Source of the DNA: Mobula hypostoma
Lineage: Eukaryota
Direction: 5' to 3'
Assembly (NCBI RefSeq): GCF_963921235.1
Contig: NC_086101.1
Location: 7,752,001-7,816,000, forward strand
DNA length: 64,000 nucleotides
A program made the translations under genes and the position numbers. The notes under the pieces are model-generated. The model did no database searches. It saw only the letters and a program-made list of their open reading frames with translations, and was not told the origin of the DNA. Positions 37,902 to 50,444 of the stretch are shown piece by piece; the stretch's first letter is position 1, and each line of letters opens with the position of its first letter.

Positions 37902-39150
37902 AAGACCATAAGATACAGAAGCAGAAGTAGGCCATTCGGCCCATCGTATCTGCTCCACCATTCAATCATGGGCTGATCCAATTCTTCCAGTCATCCCCAC
38001 TCCCCTGCCTTCTCCCCATACCCTTTGATGCCCTGGCTAATGAAGAACCTATCGATCTCTACCTTAAATGCATCCAATGACTTGGCCTCCACAGCTGCTC
38101 GTGGCAACAAATTCCACAGATTTACCACCCTCTGACTAAAGTAATTTCTCCACATCTCAGTCCTAAAAGGACGTCCTTCAATCCTGAAGTCATGCCCTGT
38201 TGTCCGAGAGTCCCCTACCAAGGGAAATAACTTTGCCAAATCCAATCTGTACAGGCCTTTTAACATTCGGAATGTTTCTATGAGAGCCCCCCTCATTCTC
38301 CTGAACTCCAGGGAATACAGCCCAAGAGCTGCCAGACGTTCCTCATACGGTAACCCTTTCATTCCTGGAATCATTCTTGTGAATCGTCTCTGATTCCTCT
38401 CCAATGTCAGTATATGCTTTCTAAGATGAGAAGCTGCTCACAGTACTCCAAGTGTGGTCTCACGAGTGCCTCAGAGCCTCAACATCACATTCCTGCTCTT
38501 ATATTCTCTACCTCTAGAAATGAATGTCAACATTGCATTTGCCTTCTTCACCACCGACTCAACCTGGAGGTGAACCCTCAGGGTATCCTGCACAAGGGCT
38601 CCCAAGTCCTTTGCATCTCTGCATTTTGCATTCTCTCCCCATCTAAATAATAGTCTGCCCATTTATTTCTTCCACCAAAGTGCATGACCATACACTGTCC
38701 AACATTATATTTAATTTGCCACTTCTTTGCCCATTCCCCTAAACAATCTAAGTCTCTCTGCAGGCTCTCTGTTTCCTCAACACTACCCGCTCCACCACCT
38801 ATCTTTCTATCATCGGCAAAATTAGCCACAAATCCATTACCCCATAGTCCAAATCATTGACATACATCGTAAAAAGCAGTGGTCCCAACTTTGACCCCTG
38901 TGGAACTCCACTGGTAACCAGCAGCCAGACAGAATAGGATGCCTGTATTCCCACTCTCTGTTTTCTGCCAATCAGCCAATTCTCCACCCATGCTAGTAAC
39001 TTCCCTGTAATTTCATGGACTCTTATCTTGCTCAGCAGCCTCATGTGCGGCACCTTGTCAAAGGCCTTCTGAAAATCCAAGTACACCACATATACTACAT
39101 CACCTTTGTCTACCCTGTTTGTAATTTCCTCAAAAATTTTCAGTTGGTTA
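37902..39150 (-). mobile_element. CR1 RT 3' part, decayed
   Basis: YLDFQKAFDKVPH, GVPQGSKLGP, NFADDRK and YFSQRVVNLWN. Confidence 0.9.
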
Positions 39151-39164
39151 GTCAGGCAGGATTT

Positions 39165-39700
39165 TCAGGTGTAACCCGTCCTTTTCGTACAGGTCGTAGC
39201 TCCCCCAGTGATACAGGAACCCGAAACCCTGCCCGCTACACCAGTCTCTCAGCCACACATTAATATGCCTGATCATGCTATTCTTGTGCTGGTTAGCACT
39301 TGGCACAGGCTGCAATCCTGAGATTACTACCCGAGATGTCCTGCTTTTCAGCTCCCGACCCAACTCCCTGAACACTCTCTTCAGGAGCTCCTCCCTTTTT
39401 CTACCAGTGTCATCAGTACCAACGTGTACCAAGACTTCTGGCTGGTCACCCTCTCCCTTCAGAATACTCTGCACCCGATCCGAGACATCCCGTACGCTGG
39501 CACCTGGGAGGCAACACACCATGTGGGTATCTCTATCAGGCTGACAGAACCTCCTGTCTGTTCCCCTCACTACGGAATCCCCTATGACTACCACATTTCT
39601 CATCGTGTTTCCCTTCTGCACCACAGAACCAGGCTCAGTGCCAGAGACCCGATCGCTGTGGTCATCCTCTGTTGGGGTCACCCCCTCAACAGCATCCAAA
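39165..39700 (-). mobile_element. CR1 ORF1 esterase fragment
   Basis: VVIGDSVVRG, VCCLPGA, LVHVGTDD and KDGLHL. Confidence 0.9.
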
Positions 39701-39729
39701 ACGGACCCAGTTCACACTCAGGAAATGCA

Positions 39730-40290
39730 GGAAAAACACAGCAGGTTGGTCAGGATCTGTGGAGAGAGGAACAGGCTTCACGTTCCACATCGGTGACCTC
39801 TCCTGGAATTGATTCAAACACTGCCTGCTCTGTTGCGGGTTTCAAGCAATTTCTGTTTTGTTATAGTTCTTCCAGCATCTGATTCCAGAAGAAATGGGAG
39901 TGCAGTGTAATTTCCTCCAGAAGGGGGATGAAGAAGAAGGAATGTGCTCGGAGAGGGGAGTGGACCATTAGAGAAATCGATGCTCAGGTTGGAACTACCC
40001 GGAGAGGTACGGTGAAGGTTAGAGAGACATGGACATGATATTTTGGAGCCGGAAGTGTGGCAACACATGCAGGCTGATCCCAGCACAATCCTCGGGCAGA
40101 CTGCGTTGGTCATTGACGCAATGGAGAAATGTAAATGGTGAAGCCCCTGTGTGTATTTGTGTGTGGTGGAGACAGAGAGAGAGTCTGAGACTTGCTCCAG
40201 GCTCCCCAGGTAGATGCAGGGATGATGTTTCTGGTAACGGGAGTGTCAGGATGAGGAGACACAGTGAGGGGACGACCATGCAGAGGTGAA
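39730..40290 (-). mobile_element. Penelope-like element remnant
   Basis: HFRLQNIMSMSL...NLSIDFSN-like end followed by a pyrimidine-rich tract and terminal repeat, as at 31454-31990. Confidence 0.5.
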
Positions 40291-40769
40291 TAAACGTATT
40301 TACCCAGCTCATAATCTAACAGGGCTCTGCACATTTACACAGCAACTATGTCGGAGAGAGATGTGGATGGAGTTTTGGATACAAAGTGAATCAGTAGAAA
40401 TAGCATGAGTACAGGGAAGTGGTATTGATCATGTCTAATGGGAGAGCAGGTGTGAGGGGCTGAATGGCCTCCTTGCTTCTGTTTCTAATGTTCTTCAAAG
40501 CAGTGTACAGACTGACCAGAGGGAGGATAGAAGGGTCTGGGGAATAAATAGAGGTGTAAAGCAGGAAGATGAAAGGTGATTAAATATCAATTATTTGAAT
40601 TGTCAGGCAAATCTCTTTGACACTGAAACAGGGGATCTTGATGCAGCAGGAGATTGTGAGGTGTCGGATACACTGGGATTACTCAAACACGGATGCAGGA
40701 AAACTTCCCGACTTCACCCCTGTACAGCCCTGCTCTGATGTGAGGTCCCACTCTTCCTCATTAGACTAA

Positions 40770-41420
40770 TGGAGGTAGACAGCACGCACACCGGCCCTTC
40801 AGCGTAACATGTCCCTGACAACCAAGGTGGCTTCCTCAGCACCTCCCATTTGACGGCATTTGGCCAGACTTCCTCTAAACATTTTCAATCAAGAACTTGT
40901 CTGAATGCCTTAAAAGTGTTTCAGTTCTATTGGCCTTTACCATTTCCTCTGGCAGCTCATCCCACTTACCGACCACCAACTGTGTGGAAAATTTGCCAAT
41001 CGGGTCCACTGGTGATCTTTACCCTCTGAGCTTAAATCTATATCCTCTAGTTTTAGACTCCCCTCCCCTGGGGAAAGACTGTGACCATTGACCTCATCAC
41101 TGCCCTGCAGGATTTCATGAAGCACAATAATGTCAACCCTCAGTCTCCTTTGCTTCAGGGAAAACAGTCCAGGTCGATCCAGATTCTCCTGAAGCCCTTT
41201 AGCCCCGGTTAACATTCCTGTGACTCTTGTCTGCACACATTCCAGCTGAATGTCATCCTTTCTACAGCTCGGTGACCAGAACTGCACCCAGTACTCTGAG
41301 TGTGGTCTCACCAATGTCTTGTACAGCTGTAACATGACAAACCGTCTCATGTACTTAATGCCCCGATCGATGAAGGCCAGCGTATCATACACCTTCTTCA
41401 CTACACTGTCTACCTGTGTC
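40770..41420 (-). mobile_element. Decayed CR1 3' fragment
   Basis: LQLYKTLVRPHSEYWVQFWSP and GLFSLKQRRLR. Confidence 0.85.
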
Positions 41421-43496
41421 TTTACTCTCAGGAACTATGTACTTGTTCCCCTGGGTATTTGTATTCTACAACACTCCATACCCTCCATCTCCTGCCTGTT
41501 CATTTCCTGTTTAAATGTCTGTTTAACATCACGATCGTATCTGCTTCCACCACTCCCCATCCCGGCTGTACATTGCAGGAAGATACCACTCATTGTGTCC
41601 AAAAACATTCCTTGAACATCCCGGTTCAACTTTGACGATCTTACTTTAAAGCTTTACCCTTCACGTAGTGTCCTCAGGGAGATTAGACTGACTGAGACTG
41701 TCTCATAATTCGAGGAGGTGGTCTCACTGCGTATTGACAGGGTAGAGGCAGGAATGATGTTTCCCCTGGATGGGCTGTGGAACCAGGGGTCACAGACTCA
41801 CAATCAGAGGTCGCCTCAGCAGGACTGAGATGAGGAAAAATTCCTCACCCAGTGTGCAGTGAATATTTGGAATTCTCTACACAAGATTTCTGAATTTAAG
41901 GGGAAGAGTGATGATGCAATGCTGCAGGAAATTGGCACTGAGGTCAATGATCAGCCATGTTCTGAGTGAAGGGTAGAGCAGGAGCAAGGGGCCGAATGGC
42001 CACTCCTGCTCCTGTTTGTTACGTTCTTGAATCACAAATCGCTCTTTGTGTCTTTTAATTTTTTTTGTGTGTAGAGCATCCTCTGTACCCCGTGTTGACT
42101 GTATTCACTCCACTGTCTCCAATGCGTGTAACAGTCTGCAGAGTTTGCTGTATTCTTTGTTTTTGTATCCAGTGACAAACACGTCTGTGTAAGCGCCCGG
42201 GACACTTCACTGCATTTACACAGCGACTGTACCTGAATACCAGTTGTTGTTGTTGACAGCTTTGTCCACAACTGCTGAACATAGAACATTGAACAATACA
42301 GCACAGGAACAGGCCATTCGGCCCACAAGTCTGTGCTGAACATTGTGCCAATTCAATCTCATCCCATCTGCCTGTACATGGCCCACAACCCTCCATTCCC
42401 TGTCTGTTCATGTGTCTGTCTAAATGTTGTTGTTGTATCTGCTTCCACCTCCTCCCCTGGCAGCACGTTCCGGGCAGCGACTATTCTCTGTGTAAAACAA
42501 ACTTGCCTCATCAATCTCCTTTAAACCTTCCCCTCTCACCTCATATTTACTCCCTGTTGTATTTGACATTCCCACACTGAGGATAAAGAGACTCCGACTG
42601 TCTATCATGTCTGTGTCAGTTGGTGACTGTTTCCGCGACAGCTGCTGAAGCACCGTGTTCCCAGACTTCTGTACCTTGTGATCCCCTCAGTCTGTGAGCC
42701 CCCTCCCTGGTAAGGAGAGGGGGTGTGAACTGGACAAAGACTGCTGGGTGAACTCAGCGTATCAACCAACGTCTGCAGAGGCAAAGGGATGGCGGAGATT
42801 CACGGTGCAGGATTGCCACCTGCTGCCCGACACCGGTACTGCAGGGGAACTGACCGAGTTAAATTTATCATCAAAGTACAGATATTGTATGTCACCATGT
42901 AGTGTCTTGAGATTCATTTTCTTTCAGGAAAAAGATATACAATAGAATTTATGAAAAAAAAAACTATTCTTAAACCAATGTGTAAATGAAGACAAATCGT
43001 GCAAATAATAACAACAATAAAAATATAAATAACACAGAGAACATGAGATGCTGAGACTTTGAAAACGAGTCTTTAGATTGCGCACTCAGTTCAGTGTTGT
43101 TGTGAATAGCTGTCCACGCTGGTTCACGAACCTGATTGTTGCAGTGTAATAACTACCTGAAATATGTCTTATGGATAGGTGGGTTAATTGTAAACCGTGT
43201 ATTGTTCCATGTGTGTGTCTGTACTAGAATCTGGAGAGAGTTAATGAGTTCACAGGGAGAGAGTTTATGAGTTCACAGGGAGAATCTTTTCAAAATACGA
43301 TCTATGTATTTATGTCGAATTAATGGAAATAGACAGCCGAGGACTCCTTGATATACTACTGGCTGTCACCAGGAATTCGAGAGTTAATATATATCTGCTG
43401 TCAGATCATCAATGCAGTTTCGTATGCTCAATAATTGCTGGTTTTCCAATGTAAGGAGATGTCCTTCAGTGAATGCTGATGACTGGCACATGAGCA

Positions 43497-44263
43497 CATA
43501 AGAAATAGGAGTAGGAGTCGGCCATCCGGCCCATCGAGTCTACCCCACCATTGAATAAGATCATGGCTGATCTGTCTGTAAACTCAGCTCCATCGACCTG
43601 CCTTTTCCCCATAACCCTTAATTCCCCTACTATGTAAAAACCTATCTAACTGTATCTTAAATATATTTAGTGAAGAAGCCTCAACTGCTTCCCTGGGCAA
43701 AGAATTTCCACAGATTCACCACTCTCTGGGAAAAAACAGTTTCTCCTCATCTCCGTCCTAAATCTTCTCCCCTGAATCGTGAGGTAATGTCCCCTAGTTC
43801 TAGTCTCACCTACTAATGGAAACAAATTTCTTACTTCTATCTTATCTATTCTTTTCAAAATTTTGCTTGTTTCTATAAGATCCCCTCTCATTCTTCTGAA
43901 TTCCAGAGAATATGGTCCCAGGCGACTCAATCTCTCCTCATAGGTTAACCGCTTCATCTCTGGAATCAACCTGGTAAACCTCTTCTGCACTGCCACCAAA
44001 GTCAGTACATCCTTCCTCAAGTATGGAGACCAGAACTGCACACAGTACCCTGTAGAGTTGCAGCATGACCTCCCTGCTCTTGAATTCAATCCCTCGAGCA
44101 ATGAAGGCCAATATTTTGTTTGCCTTCTTAATAACCTGTTGTACTTGCAAGCCAACTTCTAGCGATTCATGCACAAGCACTCCCAAGTCCCTCTGCACAA
44201 CAGCATGATGCAATCTTTCACCATTTCAATATTAATCTGCTCTTCTATTATTCCTTCCAAAGT
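43497..44263 (-). mobile_element. CR1 3' fragment
   Basis: QRDLGVLVH, YCVQFWSPYLRKD and RRMRGDLIE. Confidence 0.9.
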
Positions 44264-46255
44264 GACAATAGACAATAGATAATAGGTGCAGGAGTAGGCC
44301 ATTCGGCCCTTTGAGCCAGCACTGCCATTCACTGTGATCATGGCTGATCATCCACTATCAGTATCTGGTTCCTGCCTTATCCCTATAACCTTTGATTCCG
44401 CTACCTTTAAGGGTTCTGTCCATCTCTTTTTTTGAAAGCATCCAGAGACTTGGCCTCCACAGCCTTCTTGGGCAGAGCATTCCATATATCCACCAGTCTC
44501 TGGGTGAAAAAGTTTTTCCTCAACTCCGTTCTAAATGGTCTACTCCTAATTCTTAAACTGTGGCCTCTGGTTCTGGACTCACCCATCAGCGGGAACATGC
44601 TTCCTGCCTGCAGCGTGTCCAATCTCTTAATAATCTTATATGTTTCAATAAGATCCCCTCTCAGTCTTCCAAATTCCAGAGTATACAAGCCCAGTCGCTC
44701 CAAACTTTCGACATATGACAGTCCCGCCATCCCGGGAATTAACCTTGTGATCCTACGCTGCACTCCCTCAACAGCAAGAAGGTCCTTCCTCAAATTTGGA
44801 GACTTAAACTGCACACAGTACTCCAGGTGTGGTCTCACCAGGGCCCTGTACAGCTGCAGAAGGACCTCTTTGCTCTTATACTCAATTCCCCTTGGTATGA
44901 AGGCCAGCATGCCATTAGCTTTCTTCACTGCCTGCTGTACTTGCATGCTTGCTTTCAGTGACTGATGTACAAGAACACCTAGATCTCGTTGTGCTTCCCC
45001 TTTTCCTAACTTGACTCTATTTAGATAATAATCTGCCTTCCTGTTCTCACCAACAAAGTGGATAACCTCACATTTGTCCACATTAAACTGCATCTGCTAT
45101 GCATCCGCCCACTCACCCAGCCTGTCCAAGTCACCCTGCATTCTCATAACATCCTCCTCACATTTCACACTGCCACCCAGCTTTGTGTCATCGGCAAATT
45201 TGCTAATGTTACTTTTAATTCCCTCATCTAAATCATTAATATATATTTTAAACAGCTGCGGTCCCAGCACTGAACCCTGCGGTACCCCATTGGTCACTGC
45301 CTGCCATTCCAAAAGGGACCCGTTAATCGCTCCTCTTTGTTTTCTGTCAGCCTGCCAATTTTCAATCCATGTCAGTACTCTGCCCCCAATACCATGTGCC
45401 CTAATTTTGCCCACTAATCTCCTATGTGGGACTTTATCAAAGGCTTTCTGAAAGTCCAGGTACAGTACATCCACTGGCTCTCCCTTGTCCATTTTCATAG
45501 TTACATCCTCAAAAAATTCCAGAAGATTAGTCAAGCACTATTTTCCCTTCGTAAATCCAGGCTGACTCGGACTAATCCCGTTACTACTATCCAGATGTGT
45601 CATAATTTCATCTTTTATAATTGACTCCAGCATCTTTCCCACCACCGACGTCAGGCTAACCAGTCTATAATTCCCTGTTTTCTCTCTTCCTCCCTTCTTG
45701 AAGAGAGGTACAACATTAGCCACCCTCCAATCCACAGGAACTGATCCTGAATTTATAGAACATTGGAAAATGATTACCAATGCGTCCACCATTTCTAAAG
45801 CCACCTCCTTAAGTACCCTGGGATACAGACCATCAGGTCCCGGGGACTTATCAGCCCTCAGACCCAACAGCCTATCCAACACCATTCCCTGCCCGATATA
45901 AATTTCCTTCAATTCATCCATTACCCTAGGTCCTTTGGCCACTATTACATCTGGGAGATTGTTTGTGTCTTTCCTAGTGAAGACAGATCCAAAGTACCTG
46001 TTCAACTCGTCTGCCATTTCCTTGTTCCCCATAATAAATTCACCCGCTTCTGTCTTTAAGGGCCCAATTTTGGTCTTAACTATGTTTTTCCTTTTCACAT
46101 ATCTAAAGAAGGTTTTCGTATCGTCCTTTATATTCGTGGCTAGTTTACCTTCGTACCTCATTTTTTTCTCCACGTATTGCCTTTTAGTTACCTTCCGTTG
46201 CTCTTTAAAAGTTTCCCAATTCTCCGGCTTCCCACTCGTCTTTGCTATGTTATAC
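44264..46255 (-). mobile_element. CR1 ORF2 3' half (RT), few lesions
   Basis: ORFs 45538-46173, 45097-45534 and 44407-45093 give [26 protein letters not shown] and FADDTK; (ATTGTCT)n-like tail at about 44264-44284. Confidence 0.95.
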
Positions 46256-46779
46256 TGTCTTTATATTATTTCAGCTGTGTTAAGCACTAACGCCAGCACT
46301 AGACAAATTGCTAATTAAGTGAAGGTACAGGGTGTTAACAACTCAGATATTTTAACCCTTTACTCAAAATCTTCTTCCACAATTGTTGATTTCTTTGCAC
46401 ACCATTGATTACAGCTGAATTGTGTGGTGGAATCTTGATGGAGTTGATGAGAATGCAGGAGGACACTTCTGAACAAAATCTCTAGTACTGTATTAATAAT
46501 GCAGATGGACAGTTGAGGTCTTCTGATATACTGGCTGTTACCACAGACTCAAGCGTTAACGGCCATCTGCTGTAAGGCATGGTCAGACCGCACTGACAGT
46601 AGACTCGGTAATACTGAGTCCCTTGTCTAAGAAGGGATGTGTTGGCACTGGAGAGAGTCCAGAGGATGTTCTCGAGAATGATTCCAGGTATGAAAGAGTT
46701 AACGCATGAGTAGTGTTTTTATAGCTCTGGGCCTGTGCTCAATGGAGCTGAGAAGAATGTCGAGGGACCTCATTGAAAT

Positions 46780-48600
46780 CTTTCTTTCTTTCTTAATCTT
46801 TTTATTGATTTAAAAACAGCATATATACAAACAAGAGGAGAATTATCTCAAATATATATATCAATAACAATACAAACAGAAAGTGAAATAAACATTATCA
46901 AAATCATACACAGTATTAAGCTAATATGTAGTATATAATAAAAAAGACAGCTAATTCTCCTGTTATATATTCATAAAGAGAAAAAAAAGACGTTAAATAT
47001 TTAAATAAGAAGAACCCTCCCACCACTACACTATATGAAAAAAAAGAGGGAAAAACGGACTGGGCAGTCCATTCTGAGGATACGACCAAAAAGATAGGAA
47101 AGACTTTCTGGCGAAAACTAAACTTCAAAAAAAAATTGTAAGAGCAATAAATCAAATCTAATGAAAATCTTGAATAAAAGATCGCCAGATTTGCTCAAAG
47201 TTAAAGGATGTATCAAATGTCCGACTTCTCATTTTCTCTAAACTTCAACAAGACATAATGGAGGAGGGCCAATAAAAGACAGTAGGTGGAATAGACTCCT
47301 TCCACTTCAATAAAATGGCTCTTCTAGACAACTAAGTTGAAATACATTGAGCGGAAACAGGAATATTTCCTGCTTCCGATGGGATAACCCCAAAGATTGC
47401 CGTAAGTAATTTAGGTTGTAGGTCCAGATCCAAGACTTTTCATAGCGTTTTAAAAACATCTCTCAGAAAATTATCGAGCTTTATACAAGACCAAAACATA
47501 TGAGTTCAAGTAGCCACCTCAATATTACATCTATCACAAATTGGATTGACGTTGGAGAAAATATGTGCTAGTTTATACTTTGACATATGGGCCGGATGCA
47601 CTACCTTGAACTGTATCAGAGAATGACGGGCACAAATAGATGAATTATTAAGGAAATCGAAAAGATTACTCCATTGATTATCTGAAAATGACTTCAAATT
47701 CCACTTCCCAAGCACGTTTAATTTTATCATTCGATATCGTTCGTAAATTCAATAACCATTTATGAATTATAGCTATCAACCCTTTCTGAGTGGTTTAAGC
47801 TGAAAGAGAGCATTGTCATATTAGGTGGATAAGCAGAAGGGTAATCTGGCAGCAAACCACGTAAAAAATTCCTAATTTGTAAAGATCTAAAAAAACTGTA
47901 CATTAGATAAATCATATTTATCCACTAATTGAGAAAACTACATTAAGTAATCCCCTAAAAACAATTCTGAAAAAGTTGTTATTCCCTTGGTTTTCCAAAT
48001 TAAAAAGGCCTTATCCAAAACTGATGGTTTAAAAAAAATTTTTAAATGGGTAGTACTAGAAAGAACAAAATTATTTAATTCAAAAAATCTGTGAAACTGA
48101 AACCAAATTCTTAATGTATGTTTAATAATGGAATTAAAGTCTTGTCTACTAATCTTAGAAAACAAAAAAGGAAGAGGAGCTCCCAGTAAAGAGGCCAAGG
48201 AGAACCCTTTCACCAAGTTTTCCTCCATATCCAACCATGGACATTCATGCATGTCTGAATAATGAATCCAAAAAGTAATACATCAAATATTAATTGCCCA
48301 ATAATACATTCTAAAATTTGGCAAAGCCATACCATCGTCCTATTTTGATTTCTGCAATAAGGGTTTAACTCAGTCTAGGATTTTTATTATTCCAAATATA
48401 AGATAAGATTATCGAGTCTATTCTGTCAAAAAACGTTTCAAGAACAAAGGAATATATACAAGAATTTTGGTAGAACTATCATTTTAATAGCATTAATTCG
48501 ACCTATTAATGATCATGTCATAGGTGACCATTTAGAAAGCATTTGCTGGGTGTAATCAATTAATGGGAGAAAATTATATTTATACAGGTCATTAAAATTA
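46780..48600 (-). mobile_element. AT-rich L1-clade LINE 3' fragment
   Basis: YYWAINI, HTLRIWFQF and QFKVVH...ICDRC...HMFWSC (L1 C-terminal CCHC region); AATAAA and a (GAAA)n tail at 46780-46806. Confidence 0.85.
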
Positions 48601-48609
48601 ATAATAGAG

Positions 48610-49170
48610 CTTTAAACATCTTGTAATCTTTTTCTTTTACTTTATTTTTAGCCACACTTTTCTTTTTCACTTTATCCATACTTCTTCAATCTGTTGAGCC
48701 CTCCCCATCCCCACTATTGAGTGCTGGACAAGCTCACGGGCTGAGACTCCTCCAGCACTGTCTCTTGGATCCCACTCCCGCCTCACTCGCAGTCACACCC
48801 TCTTGTCCCCGACCACAGACCGAATTTGAGACAGCTAATCTCCTGAATCAGAGTATCCAGGTAACTCTCCCTCTCCCTGATGTGCCACCCTGTTGAAGCT
48901 CAGATTCCAGGTCATCAACTTTGAGCCCGAGTTCCTCGAGCAGCCAACACTTGCTGCAGATGTGACCAGCATCAGGAACCACAGTGGAGTCCTTCGGCTC
49001 CCATATCATGCAGCTACAGCACATCACCTGACCCTGCATGATTCCGACTTTATTTAATTAGCTGTAATTTAGTGAGTTTTTATTCAACCACTACAAAAGC
49101 TTTACCTGCTACTTACTTGTGCCTCTTCGCCGAAGCCACTTGAGCCAAAGCCTCAACGTTCCCACTCCTA
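48610..49170 (-). mobile_element. CR1 5' UTR/ORF1 N-terminal remnant
   Basis: MQGQVMCCSCMIWE...ICSKCWLLEELGLKVDDLESELQ; 5' UTR resembles that of the 23.6-kb copy (gaggctttg.ctc.ag.ggcttcg.cga). Confidence 0.75.
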
Positions 49171-49304
49171 CAGCCACTCTGCTTTGTCCCTGCTTTACTT
49201 TTATTTGCTCCTGTGCCACCATTGCGCCGAGCCAGGGAAAAGCTCCTTTTAAAACTCATATCGATCCTTGATTGATGTCGCATCAACCGATCACTTGTCT
49301 GAGA

Positions 49305-49637
49305 TAGAAAATAGAATAGTACAGCACAATACAGGCCCTTCAGCCCACAATGTTGTGACGACCCTCAAACCCTGCCTCCCATATAAGCCCCCACCTTAGA
49401 TTCCTCCATATACCTGTCTAGTAGTCTCTTAAACTTCACTAGTGTATCTGCCTCCACCACTGACTCAGGCAGTGCATTCCACACACCAACCACTCTGAGT
49501 AAGAAACCTTCCTCTAATATCCCCCTGACCTGGCCTGGTTCGTTACCTAATACTAGATCTAGTATGGCATTCCCCCTAGTCAGCCTGGCAACATACCGTG
49601 ACAGGAATCCGTCTTGGACACACTTAAACTCTGCCCC
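49305..49637 (-). mobile_element. Internally deleted CR1 (APE piece fused directly to the 3' end), same subfamily as 2996-4634
   Basis: ORF 49365-49727 reads GAEFKCVQDG...ILDLVLGNEPGQV directly into VVGVWNALPESVVEA. Confidence 0.88.
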
Positions 49638-50444
49638 ATACAACTTTCTGTAGCTTCTTTCATCCTGTGCAGTCGTTCCCCACCCCCCATACCAGACAGT
49701 GATGCCGTCTGTCAGAATGCTCTCCACAGTACTACTATAGAAGTTTGAGCGTTTTTGTTGTCAAACCAAATCTCTTCAAGCTCCTAATGAAATATAGCCG
49801 CTGTCTTCCCTCCTTTATAACTACATCGATATGTTGGAATCAGGTTAGATCCTCAGAGACCTTAACACCCAGGACCTTGAAATTGCTCACTCTCTTCATT
49901 TCTGATCCCTCTATGAAGAATGGTTCGGATTCCCTTGTCTTACCCTTCCTGAAGTCCACAGTCAGCTCCTTCATCTTACTGAGGTTGAGTGCCAGGCTGT
50001 GTTATGCAAAAAAAAACTCTGACCAAAGAGATAACAATCTATGATAAAAATCAACCAACTAAGTAGCTAGATTAAAGTGGGATGACACCAGCTGCAGAAA
50101 TAATAAGAAGCTTCTGGAAAAGTACTGAAAAGCAATTATACTACAATCAGTGCACAATACCTTGAAGAATTACACATATACACTCAGTACAGGAGTGGAA
50201 CCTGGTGTCACACTTACTGCTGTAGCCAATCCACTTCATGGTGTGAGATGCTCAGAGACAATCTCTGTATACCACTGCTGTAACGTGTGGGTATTTGAAT
50301 TGCCATTGCCTTCCTGTCAGCTCGAACCACTGCCGGCATTCTCCTGACGCTCCCATTAACGAGGCAATTGACGCAGGGGTGGATCCTAATGCTGATTGGC
50401 CTCCAATCTAACACCCCATACCAGCGACGACAGCAGTGAGGAAG

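Noticed and set aside
46501..46580. Minus-strand ...SISEDLNCP(IC) as a RING/TRIM pseudogene start
   Set aside because: It needs a frameshift, no CGH.FC follows, and the related 43.3-kb copy does not keep the motif.
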